DNA from: an uncultured Verrucomicrobiae bacterium
GTDB taxonomy: Bacteria > Verrucomicrobiota > Verrucomicrobiia > Limisphaerales > Palsa-1400
Direction: 5' to 3'
DNA: 64,000 nt
Assembly (NCBI GenBank): GCA_963764165.1
Contig: CAVXRD010000003.1
Location: 352,001-416,000 of the forward strand
Part shown: piece by piece, positions 43,001 through 47,276 of the stretch
Layout of the letters: every line of letters begins with the position of its first letter
Numbering within the stretch: the first letter of the stretch is position 1
Position numbers and translations under genes: made by a program
Notes under the pieces: generated by a model
What the model was told of the DNA's origin: nothing
The model's input: the letters and a program-made list of their open reading frames with translations, nothing else
Database searches by the model: none

Positions 43001-45448
43001 GCCCATGTCCACTTTCCCATTGTCCACACGCGGGTTGCCATATAAATCCTTGCCGGTAATGGACCAGTTCCGGTAACCATTGTTCAGCAGCGAGACGTCG
43101 CCGGCGTTGAGCGCGGGCGAGCCAAAGGAAGGCGCCACCCCATCCCCGGAGATAGCTGGGTTTTGGGCCGTGTTCCCGAACGCGCGATTCGTCAAGGTCT
43201 CACGCATCCCCTGCCCGACGTTGAACACCTCCGCTTGAACAAGCGCACCTAATTGGTCGACGCCGTAGTTGTAATTTTCGAAATCGTCCTGGCCCAGTAC
43301 GATCTCCGTTTCGCTCTGAATAAGCGAATAATGGACGTCGCACATGCCTATCCACGCCCAATGAGAATCGCCCGCCTGGTTGTAGGAGTCCAAGCCTTTG
43401 CCGCTCAGCGTGCTGGAGGTGGATGTAGAAATGTCCGCGCCATCACGATAGAATTGATCGCCGTTGAGCAGCGTCACCAAATTAGAGTTGCCCCAGAAAA
43501 TGCTATTTCCGATAAACGTGTCCGCGCCAAGTTCATTATCAACCGCGCAGCCATTGGTGGCGCTCACGTTGTCAAGAAACGAGCAATTCAAGATTTGCGG
43601 CTCAACCCGAAACTCATTCGCCACGGCGCTGATTCCGTTGACGCTTTCATTCCGAACAAACGCGTCGCTGACGAGAATCGGCTGGCAGAAGCAAGTGAAC
43701 ATCGCAGCTCCTCCGGTTAGAGTCGCCCTGTTGTGGTCAAACCGGCAGTCCTCCATCGTCACATTGTCGTATTCGGCCATGATGGCCCCGCCGCAGCCTT
43801 CAGTTTGATTGGTCTCAAATTGGCAAAACGTAAACGCCGTCCGAGCTTGGTAGTAGGACTCCGGGCCGAAGGTCTGATTGAACCCAAGCTGATTATAGTT
43901 GAGCTGGTCGGCAACCCGCAATGCCTGTGCCTGGCTCTCGTAACTCGGCGCCGGCGGAGCCTCCAAGGCAGCGACGTAATTATACAACAAGGTGGCCCAC
44001 CCACTCGGCGATGCGTAAGTCTCAAAATAGTTGTAATCCATGTTCCAACCATCAAGAAAGGCGTCGTAACCAGGCAAGTTTTCTATCCCCGGAATGAGGC
44101 TAATGGCGTCAACGACAATGTCCGCCACCACGACAATGGCGGCCATCTGGCCATAAACGCCGATTATATCGGCGGCGTTCGCCCCGACCAAGTCCACGAA
44201 ACTGGCATAAATATCTGAAGCTATTGTTTGCTTGGCAACCGCAGTAAGGATGGACACGCCCAAGCTCTCACCCGCGTTTTCAAGATCCTGCTCAATGGCA
44301 ACGTGATTGTTCGCGAAATCAACTGGGCCGCTCGATCCCCCGCTTAACTCGCTATAGTAGGAAAGCTTGCCGAGCATGACTTCGTAGGTGAATTCCATAT
44401 TGGCCATGTAATTCTGCACGCTTGCGAGGGTGTTTGAGACGTCCCCGTAGAGCCAGTTATCCCCCCCGGCTACGGACCAGCCATTGGGGATGGTTTCCAA
44501 CTGCACGGCGCCGCCGGATTTGTAAGCCCAGTTATATTGGAAGTAGCAATGGCTGAAATTGTCCATCTGCGACTGCCCCCAGAAGGCTCCCCCTTCGTAT
44601 CCGGCCTGATTTTGCAAAAACTGCGTATTGTCAATCCGAGCCTCCGCAGTGTCTACCGCGACCGCTCCGCCAAACGCGCCTGCCGAATTGCCCACAAAAA
44701 TGCAATTGGTGATCACGAGATTTGGAGCCGCGCCGCCATAAACGGTGTCGTAGAAGGCGCCAGCAAATCCCACATCATCGCCCTCAAAAAGCAACCCGCC
44801 CCCTGCCACCCGCGAATCCACCGGCAGCAACGCTGCCCCGTAGGCATTGCCGGAGGTGGGTTGCGTCATCTCCATGAAAAGCAGCGAAGAAACCTCGTTG
44901 GTGGACACTGATGCATTGCCCCCCGTAATGGTTAAGCCGTCCAGAACCACGCCACTCCTGCCAGTGGCTGTTATGACGTGCAGCGAATTGTCCTCGAAAC
45001 CCGGCTCGTTGGCGTTCATGTAATAATTGACCAGGTCGCCGACCGAGTTCGTGGCCGTGATGGGGTTGGATTGAGGCCTGCCGATATCACCGCTCAGGAC
45101 GGTCGGATAGAGGGGTTGACCGTTGAGCCTGAAATACCGCTGATCTGGAGAGGTCTCTGTGCCGACGAAGCCTCCGATGAGCGCAACGTCATCGCCTAGG
45201 GTAAAGGAGGCTGTTCGATCCGTTCCGGCAGTGGGTTTATAGGTGCCGGTCGCAATCCAAACCTGAATGTCGTCCCCCAAAAAACCGCCGTTGGCAGCGG
45301 TGGACAATTCGTGATAGGCAGTGGCCCATGATTGGCCATCCTCCGGCTCATTAGTGCTGCTTTGATTGACGTAGACTACCGTTTGCTGGGCCGAGACGGG
45401 AATTAAACCCAAAAACAGGGAAAGCAGGATAAAGTGGAGGTATTTCAT
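22070..45448 (-). CDS. Giant secreted multi-domain surface protein/adhesin (~7,792 aa)
   Basis: Signal peptide MKYLHFILL..VSA; 7 beta-helix/choice-of-anchor-Q-like modules, most followed by an Ig domain; FG-GAP repeats; cadherin/Big_9 repeats; 3 further beta-helix modules; 3 PKD; LamG; 6 FN3-like; C-terminal ..YVLQATTNLTDW..YYRV domain. Confidence 0.95.
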   Translation of the reverse strand: MKYLHFILLSLFLGLIPVSAQQTVVYVNQSSTNEPEDGQSWATAYHELSTAANGGFLGDDIQVWIATGTYKPTAGTDRTASFTLGDDVALIGGFVGTETSPDQRYFRLNGQPLYPTVLSGDIGRPQSNPITATNSVGDLVNYYMNANEPGFEDNSLHVITATGRSGVVLDGLTITGGNASVSTNEVSSLLFMEMTQPTSGNAYGAALLPVDSRVAGGGLLFEGDDVGFAGAFYDTVYGGAAPNLVITNCIFVGNSAGAFGGAVAVDTAEARIDNTQFLQNQAGYEGGAFWGQSQMDNFSHCYFQYNWAYKSGGAVQLETIPNGWSVAGGDNWLYGDVSNTLASVQNYMANMEFTYEVMLGKLSYYSELSGGSSGPVDFANNHVAIEQDLENAGESLGVSILTAVAKQTIASDIYASFVDLVGANAADIIGVYGQMAAIVVVADIVVDAISLIPGIENLPGYDAFLDGWNMDYNYFETYASPSGWATLLYNYVAALEAPPAPSYESQAQALRVADQLNYNQLGFNQTFGPESYYQARTAFTFCQFETNQTEGCGGAIMAEYDNVTMEDCRFDHNRATLTGGAAMFTCFCQPILVSDAFVRNESVNGISAVANEFRVEPQILNCSFLDNVSATNGCAVDNELGADTFIGNSIFWGNSNLVTLLNGDQFYRDGADISTSTSSTLSGKGLDSYNQAGDSHWAWIGMCDVHYSLIQSETEIVLGQDDFENYNYGVDQLGALVQAEVFNVGQGMRETLTNRAFGNTAQNPAISGDGVAPSFGSPALNAGDVSLLNNGYRNWSITGKDLYGNPRVDNGKVDMGAVEVSGAGLASGYNPFTSSLTASLSNYSATSFNPFTSNLVAAVSNYVPPAPPPAEGPISNYYINASTYPPGDGSSWDKAYTNFPAIPTNLVANGTVWVAAGTYKPTVPMTVQSGMSVVGGVPEGSFLITDSNPQEYPTIIDGGGNKSRLLIAYTTNQPILVTGLTFQNGAQGNDNATALLEAYGSTIVSNCQFNNNLGASAVGENSLFLNCTFNNNQANGNSLGILVLFDSEAQSCSFTGNNSLPVYVSGGGISGCFFESNKTNSTSPFSGASIYSSELSDCNFQYQSGPSLNAAGGSTVYACAFKDQGVCASLQDSVITNCQFTQDALGPNDSAVMILSSSLAEDCQFTRNSGLQALATTNSSLNGCLFASNAPVSSGGVSCLNLNNGSAINCTFAGDGGTVAVAGAPSSGSVTFYGCEFVGNTNGASLMSTAPILAIGNCLFATNSSTNTSVVDIASGTITTIYDSEFFRNSGAGVGGAVYAGATELALYNCTIVSNTLTGAPGMGSAGVNFTGNSNCQVMNSILVGNSLTSPGGLSVEYQQFRGLTSAARGLVQNSIVQGLTLLPQSGSFDANPEFANPSIGNLTLSNNSPAINTGTLIGYPIALSSTDVAGNPRVVNGAIDIGAYEHPAIMGYQSHVTTSYSYSEFCDGLPSFEITASISAGSLPSGYYQWQVNRLDGNGFVPLANDAMTSGVNSPTITLTHPPTSSGQYLYRIISNPNMGEVIIPSNFVLPPFHSIIYVNQNVTGGAGDGTSWANAMTSLTTAVNSAISCGQIWVAQGSYTAPAGGFIPFNGVQIYGGFSGSESDLSQRNWAANPTYLQSSTTPVIVAEQGTTSATVIDGFYIHYTGHQEAVSLQSTPILQNCIFSNCTALAIVVEEVNSTNQVLISQCQFLNGSDTAILNNLGNLLVQRCLFSGNKSASGPGAILAYGHNGTLAKITDCQFYNNKGQSAGAIDALDSSATTVLRCAFTNNVGNFGGAIFVESGAHMVLGSSLLAGNQSTFDGGGIFYSGSSLDVDFCTIADNIAPGQGGGLYLAAPGCTVESSILWNNKGGPSVFAAQLDNQSSSSSGYNVNNTIIQGAPITTLNPYPYDPLFLSEPLGNYQLNTNSPAINIGTYITGALNADSADLLGNPRPGPGRGTDLGCYELTGAPAQSGIYLIAEPTNLTTCPISAASFSIIGSPGFPNYYQWQQFNGTSFVNINSAPQTQILAEQNTNVLFIPNAGSFNGSVFRVSVNNGAYITQPVTLTAPQEPVVYVNAAAGAGGNGTSWASAYQSLVAAVEATSCAQIWVAAGTYVGGEDLQLNSTVQILGGFNGSETLLSQRNYSNNVTTITADSSGYAFVAYNNVSNSALLDGFYVTGAPTGFLALNGQPTIQNCFFVSNAIAVNSEFSSGLQLSNCVFAGNSGSETIIAQYSTNLGLTGCEFTGNTGYLFLADQTSANLTNCQFVNNPGAEAMESSSSAITLERCQFSSNGPAINAYNGSVTMLDSLVSGNQTYNANVLSTAIFGSDTAMLFVNDTIADNFGAQNGEGVFLEGGSLNAYNCIFWGNASASPYYTTEQVQVYGADAGVYINHSLVQGLDILQDWTRDDISYAPLFVNEPAGNYQLAPVSPAIGSGSQGNVAGNDTDFLGNPRVHGGVVDMGAYAFAGTASTPAYLAYNFSPEDVCLGSSAVFSVNNLGAGSMTVAWLVNTGGGFGPVPAAGPYSISAPGNGSTLTVSNLNEAFNGTQFEFVLSGSVEYTSAPVTVTVSQQTVVYVDENATGANNGTSWADAFTSLLSAIEQAGPCTAIYVAQGTYTFNQSADLTAGVQIEGGFPTGGGAVGSRNPALYPTLVQVNPNYTLGAVFNQSYAEPPGQHTIVDGLVFPGTRTESAFNCTAGSPQVLNCVISNFPNLALANFQASMFVSNCVLVGNQTAFYGLQSDLQLSHCVISNSTESSVVAIGSQLTAADCRFVNNTNYGNGGAIALDSFQYFSGSAATVQRCVFTGNSAGDGGGAIFLDTYCSLNLMDSLLYGNSTPQNGGAIDNGGQFTAINCTFANNVSPYGAGAFYSEYAYATLENCIIWDTYVGTGVPYGTVSANYCNFEFQPIGGNSFTANPFFANAAAGDFTLSSRSPAIDGGNNAYVQSGDTDLAGNPRVQDGTVDLGAFESPLARNAVLVAAEPQATNVCVADPAQFQVVGGSTNVYQWQYNLGLGWTDITNGGTIAGSTVSISTNLTGGDSVGTFSIPLLTTNLNGLSVQAIFVGQSYTSTVATLTVPTNTIIYVDASAAAGGNGTSWTHAYRSLVDAIDTASACQPEIHVASGTYGASSTFAGTYSGYHDIFIPDGLLIYGGFPTGGGAMSARDWNANPTILTNAAGHPVVQVDGQYNNSLDGEATVLDGFIVEGNGISSSGVQIVGTSTTLRNLIVRDCAGSGVTAQLSSSQFTNCAIVNNQTAGNGGGVSLIESPVTLVNCVVRGNIAGGQGGGLSLIESGATLINSAVQGNSAGGNGGGVYTQNQGYYEAGYYNVIVGPDQLDDVLLTGNRASKGGGLYADGQATAVNSTISGNYATAAGGGVVEGGLFTLTMVNSVVWGNRSDPTNVATALTEEQQQVASDYTNNYANLFALDNDDIEGLHILGGGALVNKDPIFMAPLDAGSAPSTNGNFQLAGCSPLFGLGNAGYDLAISVDLTGQPRLTGGHVDLGPYQVGSGSATPLLITAEPLSLVYASDATNTFSVVATGDGLTYQWELAAPGAAFAPVANSATYSGATSATLELTQPPLNLNGALARCVITTSEGCVAVSQEAALKVYPTRYYVNANMPDDSGDGQTWATAFKTITHALSLPCDPSGTEIWCEAGAYKGGTLHTGQLLYGGFNGTETNLLQRNWTTNLTVLNPTGSYSPNNPLAAVIFSLPVTSFNAVAGAAVTPLSLGRIDGFQMSGANSAIVWTSGYNNEGATGAEEGATNVTVANCTFTNCDAAVYGTSSLTALTLTNDTFANTGISLQNASALVQNSVFTGANAGVNVQIGNVTISGSLFAGTETGVALLNVGSATITDSQFQSNATAISVQHGFTLLVQRSAFRGNTGGNAVVIGAQGYNPTATFEDSLFSGNAGAGAIDNSGTATFRNCTFAGNGGPGVTTYYPGQVGFALYNCIVWDNGAPNNKSASDPYFVSPVSPAGAPTISGDYHLTPCSPVIASGQVAQAGASTTDLEGLPRLSGGTVTPGAYEPQESTVLTISAQPTNVVAISGQTASFSANVSTTSGATFNWQVSIGGGAFTNLPNAGSYSGVSTTNLTFAASAAENGNAYRMQATYPSGCSIESGSATFSYIVPTLAESGTAPNTVFTQTGGLTISLPNGVNTSTINDQSVDAYGSESGRLSFGNGALALNGSTIYLNPNLGLHPGEQVFVTVGSSVLSSQGFPAIPQTWEFFNDVSSWDGAFSNALPINAASNYTANLVQAGDLNGDKSIDLFVSTSTGCRILTNNGTGSYLTNGISGTFSDSGQTLGSGAASKIVLGNVRGTGLLDAILLRNGNIEVWTNSDSGVFALASTYSASAADFALGDLNNDGLMDLFVLTPTNAQAWLNRGAGNFANAGISIPESNAVSVAVGDFNGDGKLDAYVVHGDSTAGHVWLNQGDATFELGSGAGLPSATGGYQRVVAGNFLNSGHLDLVAMTNGAAQIWGGKGDGSFTYYCSVAAENPNALCVGDINGDHYGDLAVAASGAAVMPEVSVYFQTNAGRQLLGNQGTIGNATAAAMADLNGDGALDLVLVSPSGQLEAAVYQPVNLWCQSGPVTDSFFEFSSDAFYNQAEINGAGMTGVIFDTVPTNGTLYFVYYGAITAGEEIDFDQYWGQIEFVYVPNYGFSGLDSFTWQAEDYGIYTGAHPYKFDISVAPQLNVVATNQFVSVAAGQSVSVLTNGANSILNGDQDYLNPLALTAVAESQPQHGTLQLYTDGTFTYTQNGGVAHSDSFNYFAQDRYSGVKSLSTVFITITNVNDTPQLITLASNGVYESQPIGSVAGYLAAQDSDPSVPGIAYSLVSGPGSTDNGSFAIVSNVLYTAASFSYADGATRSILVQAAGLPDAYNAVGSSSTQIILVNILPLPQALPQSLQAYENSNALTLTLTGAGVQPLRYIVVNQPTNGTLSGTPPNLSYLPDTNFFGTDTIGFEVTDGVMTSAIGQISITVNFVDQPPASANIAVSVLENIPTNFVLTATAFFTNEVLSYQLITNNLRGQLTGTPPNMTYTPTTNYHGADYFTYTASENGLTSAPVTVFFNVQYVEQAPAAVASTNSVPENGSIQMFLYGVDPEGSNMTVKIVSQPLRGAVSFAAPGGQNGAIYKYTPIENFNGTDSFAFVVNNGLYDSPPATVTMIVTPSPVPVALAQSVVTQEGQPVSITLTSSDATTNLGNLPATYRVVSSPAHGSLATQFSGSAAYVYSPGGGYFGLDSFSFVAYIGGFQSTTNTVTIDVQPAAPSAASFIVTNHDASLVGTVPIVFQGTDPNYLSLSYIIVTPPTNGFLATNFISDSAYVSYTPSNLTAYAPDYFTYMASDGYATSTVASVAIVGQEDPHSPEWTFGGTNSFVGIPITIPLSLLAFDPYSDPLVFVGASAFGGGSVTYSSNTITFTPTNPSVGESGFTFTVSNYSETVTGTNYVGIYPRQILVGAYGQINGQSPYYEPTLDSAIAFANSFGPGLQWLISVPIYPLDDTVGLTNAEAVAADGSFSAIDISGNICIAPIYVQPDEVGPTWPTNLILTAEESVRSSRLFQVDPGATLVLSNCVATGGSAALGGAIYSEGNLFLENSIVTNNTATSEGGAIYSLNGSVVLTNTEITANTAEYGGGLYQLGSGLSASLVASNSVISGNFATNDLVSTNANGGSASVTSTLLTVGTQTSPSFGMLAASYLANQGTVAKFPATADPAQFQFKVTPSAPWGDASVLHVAGVGSQRSLELSPAEAAAKSAQNISITLGNTNLSYTENFTLAFDPNAHPAPVTTPFYVMVLDLYYPVSIPVLQNVTGFSGSTLTVVSIGASQYGTTATDGTNIYYTAEEFFSSTDSFTYQVSDGVNTVTGLVYVSRGFYLDDSDISSGADSGAGSLRAEIDFRGSNYVAGGTQIALSTNLIIDLTSADDQVEGPSAFEIQQNVTIYGNGSTMQLDTNASPMRFFHVMPGASLTLVDLTLTGGIAAPSPYGEGDGGAIYNEGTVNLQNVTILNCQAQGETNSFALGGAIFNLGSVTLTNVYLTNNYALHGGGVYQWADGTAVSLETTNSIFSNPESDDDLSATATNSGTVSTLAIGSQFQNPALPWVGAEADFAANSTTEVPIFVGQGSGAVALTAVSENTNVIPSANLTFGGTGGVRQLTVTPSHNGIDKLDIQAALGGISFTRQFKISVNNVAPLTPVAPPEQYTVYGGLSSTLDVLTNDFDPGGATLSIVSASTPTNGSVIVTNNEILYVNDGGSATNDYFTYVVTNNLGGATIGAVSITVVPAVISVNSLYSQGEGTLSAALATLAGYGDSASNWTISISSSLAGQTLNYNQYGATGGDYRAFDITSHVHIDGSAAPGFTITIPAPGYEGPPMHIFRVEQAGFLELSGLTLLGGDSYNLGTPGAGFGGAIYNLGQISISNVTFKGNSVTGYGGKAAGGAVCNDGGVALFVNCLFKDNAVTDEPNSVGGAIFNRNGILTLVSNTFADNVADQAAGVCNFGEAITTITGSGPTGAVEQASLTMTGNTMTNSDGVTDVAEVSVNGGASEVVSVETNAINSLGAPFISTIPDETLPYLTYLPFSYAASGSATFSVFSSNLTIIPNANLSASGNGGSGVLRMIPGSVAGTDAIAAQVTDGPLSYAQVFQVSAAASGPFTTVQFTATPTNGTVPQLVSFQSPSVDSSNQTIAAWKWNFGDGTTSTLQNPTHTYTNIGSYAPSLLATNSLGELVVGFGPPNINLVYPTLQYAVSPTNGVTPALVQFTAPATDSGAVAIASWNWSFGDGSFSTQQSPTHIYTNAGSYALSLRATNVLGQFIICSGLATLPVLPPSVQYAAYPVSGVAPVNVQFVSPAADTGGNAIVSWTWDFGDGTGSVQQSPSHVYSAPGNYNVVLTLTNSGGLQIVATGPPIVYAGAPLTVLDYYRMGENDPGATAGGSSFTMFDSAGTNDLSVTGTAVYSTNVSPVAALLDGSSLSLNLGGESYGTNQNISPVANDFCLEAWVYMTNIYNNPVIIYYGDPGANGWGIGLINRQWYGLYGGVWFFSDGVNAALNQWTHVALVCNAGTSTIYVNGVPSGSCNCTPNPPSGTFVVGGGSAPVGGYLFDGLIDEVRLSTFPDGEFTTNSLLLNTPIAPTIAVAPVVTVGLTTATVTTTVNPNGLDSLAWISYGTTTNLGLNSAPTNVYAGTLSPFSIELSGLQQGASYYYAVVASNADGVVRGSISEFSMNIPPVAGTLFASGVTPTSATLNSLVYPKDSPTAVSFAWGTTTNLGNTNFVATLPAEYGGYDISNVLTGLEPGTLYFYTVIASNANGRAVGSIFNFTTAVAPVADTLFVSALTPSSAMLNCEVFPRNAATAVSFAWGTTTSLGQTNLVATLPAEYGGYDISNALSGLEPGTLYFYSVVASNANGISVGSIFSFTTPFAPVASTLLPTALASTSVTLNGEVYPRNAPTTVSFAWGTTTNLGNTNLVVALPAEYGGYSISNVLSGLQPGIIYFYSIVASNTNGTAVGSIFNFTTTVGPVADTLHATALTPSSAALNGEVFPRNAATAVSFAWGTTTNLGNTNLATTLPAEYSGYYISNVLTGLEPGTVYFYSVVATNTNGTAVGSIFNFTTPVGPAASTLYASNVTATSATFNGEVFPRNAPTTVSFVWGTTTNFGNTNEVTTLPAEYGGYFVSNVLSGLQPGAQYFYSVMATNTNGVAIGNIVRFSTIGGGITLGHGQILGAQFANGAFTIEFAGVAGWSYVLQATTNLTDWSSVSTNSLPQSVRYFSDPAATNFDRRYYRVVPAAKHQESQ
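22325..23770 (-). repeat. Five tandem 291-bp (97-aa) FN3-like coding repeats
   Basis: AATATGCTTCCCAC recurs at 22632, 22923, 23214 and 23505 (period 291). Protein unit: VSFAWGTTTNLG..LPAEYGGY..GLEPG. Confidence 0.9.
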
Positions 45449-45931
45449 AAATCGCCAAACGGACAAACGGTTCGAGAATAACGATTGCAAAAACTGCAAA
45501 TGCTTAAATGCGCGTCTCGCAAAACATTGCAATCCGCCATCCCCTACCATCACCGCGCCGGCCCGACCACTGTTCCCGAGGGATTCACACGGATAAATCC
45601 CAAATGGATCTGCCAAAACGAGACTCTTCGAATCCTGCGTGGGGTGTCCAACGCACAATGATTAGATGCCCCCGCGCCTATCCAAGGCCTCGCAATAACT
45701 GGACTGTTTTTATCACAGGGCGGGGCAGCGGCACACTCCCGAGAATCCGTGAGCGCAGAATCGACTATTTCTATTGCCGCATCCCGGAAAATCTGCCAGG
45801 CTCATGGGATGTTTGCTCAGTTCCCATGCGGCAGTCGTGTGCTTTTTCCCTGAGTGGATCGCGCTCGAATCATCGGAGCATTCGCGTGAATTCCATCCTT
45901 GTCCGTTAGCCGCTTTCGGACGCAGCCTCTC

Positions 45932-47125
45932 CTATTCCTGCCCCCAGCCGAATCTTGGGCCGATGGGCCAATACACGAAAAATGACTTTCCGATGACGTT
46001 GTCTTCCGGCAATTCACCCCAATACCGCGAGTCGGCGCTGTTGACGGTGTTATCGCCAAACGCCATGAAATGGCCGGGATCAATTTTGAATGAATCCTGG
46101 GGCGAGCTCAAATAAGTCCCGGCCAGCGTGTGCCCGCTCCAGACGCTTTCGCGTGGTGGCAAGTTTGGATCGAATCCATAGACGTTGGCAAAATGGGGCG
46201 TCGAGGCGTCCAAGCGCTTTCCGTCGATTCGGACGTGCCGATCTTCGCCGATGCTCACGGTTTCGCCCGGCAGCCCGACGAGGCGCTTGATGTAAAACTG
46301 GTCCTGGTCCTGAATTCCTAAAATCCCCTGGGTTTTGAAGACGATAATATCGCCCCTTCGCGGATGCCGGAAATTGTATGTCATCCTGTCAACAAACAAA
46401 TGGTCGCCGGTGGTTTCTTTGAACCGGATAATCGGCTGGCCTTTTTTAAATGGCGATGGCGCAACTGGAAAATCTGGCCGATAAGGCAGCCGCAGTCCGG
46501 CCTTGATCATGTTGGCAAGGTCATCCGGCCCGCCCCAAATGGTGAAAGTCTCCTGGCGGCCGCTTGCATACCGCACGGTGAGAGCCTGTTTGTTCACTAT
46601 GTGAAGCAGCGATGGGACGTTGCCAAGTCCCACGATTTCGCCATCCTCGGGCGCGATGATTTCATGATAAATCGTGCCGTGGGCGATCTTTTCAAATTGC
46701 TGCTCCAGAAAACTCGGCATCTTGAACTTTGGATCACCGCGCAAATCCTCAGTGACGACACCATAAAGTGTCGGCTGCATCGAGCCGGTGGGAATTTTGA
46801 ATGGTTGCAGGAAAAAGGTGCGAATGCCCATCGCCACCACAATAGCCACCAGACAAACCTCGACGTTATCGCGCCAGTCGGCATTGGGATACGGCTTGAT
46901 CCATTTGTTGGCGGCTTCCTCCAATGATTCCATTTGCGCGCGCAAATCGGCGTCATTGGCCCCGGCTTTAATCGCGTCATCGGTGGCCTTAAGCGCAACT
47001 TCCACTCCCGCGATCGCTTGCGGCGCGAGAAGATCGCGCTGGGCGTCAAGCAATTTCTGGACGTGCTTGCGGAGATCGCCGGCTTGCCGGAGGGTGCTGG
47101 AGAAAAACCAACGCGGGGTAATCAT
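45932..47125 (-). CDS. lepB: Signal peptidase I
   Basis: PFKIPTGSMQPTL (catalytic Ser), YIKRLVGLPG (catalytic Lys), GDNTVNSADSRYWG; follows lepA. The track start at 47179 runs through a REP. Confidence 0.95.
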   Translation of the reverse strand: MITPRWFFSSTLRQAGDLRKHVQKLLDAQRDLLAPQAIAGVEVALKATDDAIKAGANDADLRAQMESLEEAANKWIKPYPNADWRDNVEVCLVAIVVAMGIRTFFLQPFKIPTGSMQPTLYGVVTEDLRGDPKFKMPSFLEQQFEKIAHGTIYHEIIAPEDGEIVGLGNVPSLLHIVNKQALTVRYASGRQETFTIWGGPDDLANMIKAGLRLPYRPDFPVAPSPFKKGQPIIRFKETTGDHLFVDRMTYNFRHPRRGDIIVFKTQGILGIQDQDQFYIKRLVGLPGETVSIGEDRHVRIDGKRLDASTPHFANVYGFDPNLPPRESVWSGHTLAGTYLSSPQDSFKIDPGHFMAFGDNTVNSADSRYWGELPEDNVIGKSFFVYWPIGPRFGWGQE

Positions 47126-47132
47126 GTGTTCC

Positions 47133-47238
47133 AAGGCAGGGACGCCTCGCCGAGGCGTCCGGGGTGAAGCATGATACATTCGCGAGCGGTGGCATTGATC
47201 CCACGCAACCGGACGCCTCGGCGAGGCGTCCCTACCTT
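47133..47238. repeat. GTAG-type REP doublet (family B) between lepA and lepB
   Basis: AAGG(C/T)AGGGACGCCTCGCCGAGGCGTCCG at 47133-47161 and inverted at 47210-47238; same unit at 62060 and 62198. Confidence 0.9.
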
Positions 47239-47276
47239 TTGGTCAGCAGCCATGTCCATGATTCCTGGCGAGCGCC

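Noticed and set aside
45449..45658. N-terminal extensions in the ORF track (giant protein, lepA, lepB, AAA ATPase, oppD/oppF-like, first SBP-OmpA)
   Set aside because: They precede clear signal peptides or conserved N-termini, overlap neighbouring genes or run through repeats; downstream starts were used.
45449..45931. c-di-GMP riboswitch upstream of the giant adhesin gene
   Set aside because: No GGCAAACC..GAAA..GGGACGCAAAGC pattern on the coding strand; only a weak GATTGCAA/TTGCAATC inverted repeat.
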